Shown here: in pieces, positions 16,243 through 17,877 of the stretch
How the letters are laid out: the number at the start of each line of letters is the position of its first letter
Numbering within the stretch: position 1 is the first letter of the stretch
Assembly: GCA_964496765.1 (NCBI GenBank)
Contig: CAZCAP010000001.1
Location: 45,632-63,508 of the forward strand
Reading direction: 5' to 3'
Source: an uncultured archaeon
Lineage (GTDB): Archaea > Iainarchaeota > Iainarchaeia > Iainarchaeales > CSSED10-239
Length of the DNA: 17,877 bases
Translations under genes and position numbers: made by a program
The notes under the pieces: generated by a model
What the model saw: only the letters and a program-made list of their open reading frames with translations
Databases searched by the model: none
What the model was told of the DNA's origin: nothing

Positions 16243-16632
16243 TTATTTTTTTTTCTTGGATTTAATTTTTTTGATACCTTTATTTATTATTTTTACAATT
16301 TTTTTTTGTTTTTTATCAATATTCTTAAAACCAGTATTCACTTTCTTTATTACTTTATTCTTCTTTTTATCAATATTCTTAAAACCAGTATTTACTTTCT
16401 TTATTATTTTATTCTTCTTTTTATCAATCTTATCTAAAGTAGTATTAATCTTCTTTGTGATTTTTCTTTTTTTTGCGTTCTGTTTTTTAAAATGAGCCAT
16501 CATCTGATTAATAAGTTGAATTTCTTTAGCTTTCATTAGTTCTCTATTCAATATTTGATTATTTGGTGTAGATTTATGATAAGACTTAAAATTTTTCTTT
16601 GATGTTGATTTTTCCTTTTTTTGTACAACCAT
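16243..16632 (-). CDS. Lys/Asn/Ile-rich basic protein with tandem 18-aa repeats
   Basis: 129 aa. GAGGTGT ribosome site (revcomp of 16637-16643) upstream of ATG 16632. Repeats TGFKNIDKKKNKVIKKVN. Confidence 0.65.
   Translation of the reverse strand: MVVQKKEKSTSKKNFKSYHKSTPNNQILNRELMKAKEIQLINQMMAHFKKQNAKKRKITKKINTTLDKIDKKKNKIIKKVNTGFKNIDKKKNKVIKKVNTGFKNIDKKQKKIVKIINKGIKKIKSKKKK
16310..16417 (-). repeat. Tandem 54-bp coding repeat, two near-identical units (16310-16363, 16364-16417) plus a diverged third from 16418
   Basis: TTTTTATCAATATTCTTAAAACCAGTATT[C/T]ACTTTCTTTATTA[C/T]TTTATTCTTC repeated head to tail. Confidence 0.85.
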
Positions 16633-16736
16633 ACTTACACCTCTTAATTAAATTTATTTCTGTTTACATATATATTATAAGTCAACTAATTTATAACCTG
16701 TTCTATAATAACCATTTTGGATTATTTGCACAAAAA

Positions 16737-17877
16737 TTATTCAACGGTTACTGATTTTGCAAGATTTCTTGGTTTATCGATCTCGCATCCTCTTTCTTCT
16801 GCAACCCAATAGGCTAACAACTGCATGATTATTACATTTACAAATGGGGAAACAAAAGTTGGAACATCAGGAACATAAATCACATGATCTGATAATTTTT
16901 TTATATCTTCATCTCCTTCTGTTGCAATTGTGATTATTTTTCCACCTCTTGCCTTTACCTCATTAATATTAGAAATTACTTTTTCGTAGTTCTGATCCTT
17001 GTTTGCAATTACCACAAGAGGCATGTTCTTATCAATTAATGCAATTGGACCATGCTTCATCTCTGCAGCAGGATATCCTTCAGCATGTATGTAACTTATT
17101 TCCTTGAGCTTAAGAGCTCCTTCTAGAGCTATTGGAAAATTAATTCCTCTTCCTAGATATAAACAATTATTTGATTTTGCAATTTCTTTTGCAACAATCT
17201 TAATTTCTTCTACCTTTTTTAAAGAAAGCTTAACATATTCAGGTATTCTTGTTAAATAATTTATAAACTCTCTTGCTTCTTCTTCATTCATCTTTTTAAT
17301 TTTTTTAGCTATATACAAGGTAATTAAATAAAGACAGGTTAATTGATTGGTGAATGACTTTGTTGAAGCAACCCCGATTTCTGGACCTGCTCTTGTGTAA
17401 ACCCCACAGCAGGATTCTCTTGCAATGGTTGAACCAACCACATTAACAAGTCCAACTGTTTTTGCACCAAAGTCTTTAACTTTTCTTAGGGCAGCTAAAG
17501 TATCTGCTGTTTCTCCGGATTGAGAAATTACAATAACAAGTGTATTTTCATTAATTATTGGATCTCTGTACCTAAACTCACTAGCATAATCAACCTCAAC
17601 AGAGATTTTTGTATACTTTTCAAGAAGAAACTTAGAAACAAGACCAGCATGCCAAGAGGTCCCACATGCAACAATAACAATCTTGTTTATTGTTTTTAAA
17701 TACTTATTAGTTAACGTAAGATCAATTCCTCCAAGCTTAGCATCCATGTTCTTGAAATCAATTCTTCCTGAAAGAGCTTGAGAAATAACTTCTGGTTGTT
17801 CAAATATTTCCTTAAGCATGAAATGCTTATAACCACCTTTTTCAATTTGATCAAGAGACATTCTAATTTCTTCAATC
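16737..17877 (-). CDS. glmS: Glutamine--fructose-6-phosphate aminotransferase, isomerase (double SIS) portion; 5' part beyond window
   Basis: 'IEKGGYKHFMLKEIFEQPEVI', 'VACGTSWHAGLVSKFLLEKYTKISVEVDYASEFRYRDP', 'SQSGETADTLAALR', 'ASTKSFTNQLTCLYLITLYIA', C-terminus 'KPRNLAKSVTVE'. Frame continues upstream of the track Met to the window edge, so glutaminase domain presumably lies outside. Confidence 0.96.
   Translation of the reverse strand, partial: IEEIRMSLDQIEKGGYKHFMLKEIFEQPEVISQALSGRIDFKNMDAKLGGIDLTLTNKYLKTINKIVIVACGTSWHAGLVSKFLLEKYTKISVEVDYASEFRYRDPIINENTLVIVISQSGETADTLAALRKVKDFGAKTVGLVNVVGSTIARESCCGVYTRAGPEIGVASTKSFTNQLTCLYLITLYIAKKIKKMNEEEAREFINYLTRIPEYVKLSLKKVEEIKIVAKEIAKSNNCLYLGRGINFPIALEGALKLKEISYIHAEGYPAAEMKHGPIALIDKNMPLVVIANKDQNYEKVISNINEVKARGGKIITIATEGDEDIKKLSDHVIYVPDVPTFVSPFVNVIIMQLLAYWVAEERGCEIDKPRNLAKSVTVE

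Noticed and set aside
16310-16440. CRISPR-like array from the tandem repeats
   Set aside because: 54-bp units are directly adjacent with no spacers and encode an in-frame 18-aa peptide repeat.
16222-16495. Plus-strand Phe/Leu/Ile-rich ORFs (16222-16437, 16256-16495)
   Set aside because: They are the reverse complement of the Lys-rich repeat ORF. The minus-strand frame has a good ribosome site and sensible repeat peptides; these are complement artefacts.

Overview
AT-rich window, read here as archaeal and probably DPANN-like. The basis is class III (KGQ/RGQ) prepilin-type signals, TATA-like boxes, GGTG/GGAGG ribosome sites and a PIN-UPF0175 cassette; lineage is inference. About 13 kb is one accessory region. 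It starts with the C-terminal part of a T2SF/TadC/FlaJ-like membrane protein (truncated by the window). Next come at least six single-TM proteins with prepilin-like or related N-termini, two polytopic membrane proteins, a charged cytosolic protein on the opposite strand, and a 1693-aa exported protein with an N-terminal signal and a C-terminal TM anchor plus basic tail. A DUF3368-type PIN toxin / UPF0175-like antitoxin pair sits inside the pilin-like genes. The rest is mostly housekeeping: class II lysyl-tRNA synthetase (lysS), two tiny paralogous zinc-ribbon ORFs missing from the supplied track, a SPOUT/TrmH-like RNA methyltransferase, a Lys-rich protein with 18-aa repeats, and the isomerase part of glmS. 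The best candidate for an undescribed system is the pilin-like array plus giant anchored surface protein, possibly a type IV filament or secretion machine of unusual composition. No CRISPR array, rRNA, tRNA or transposase was recognised.
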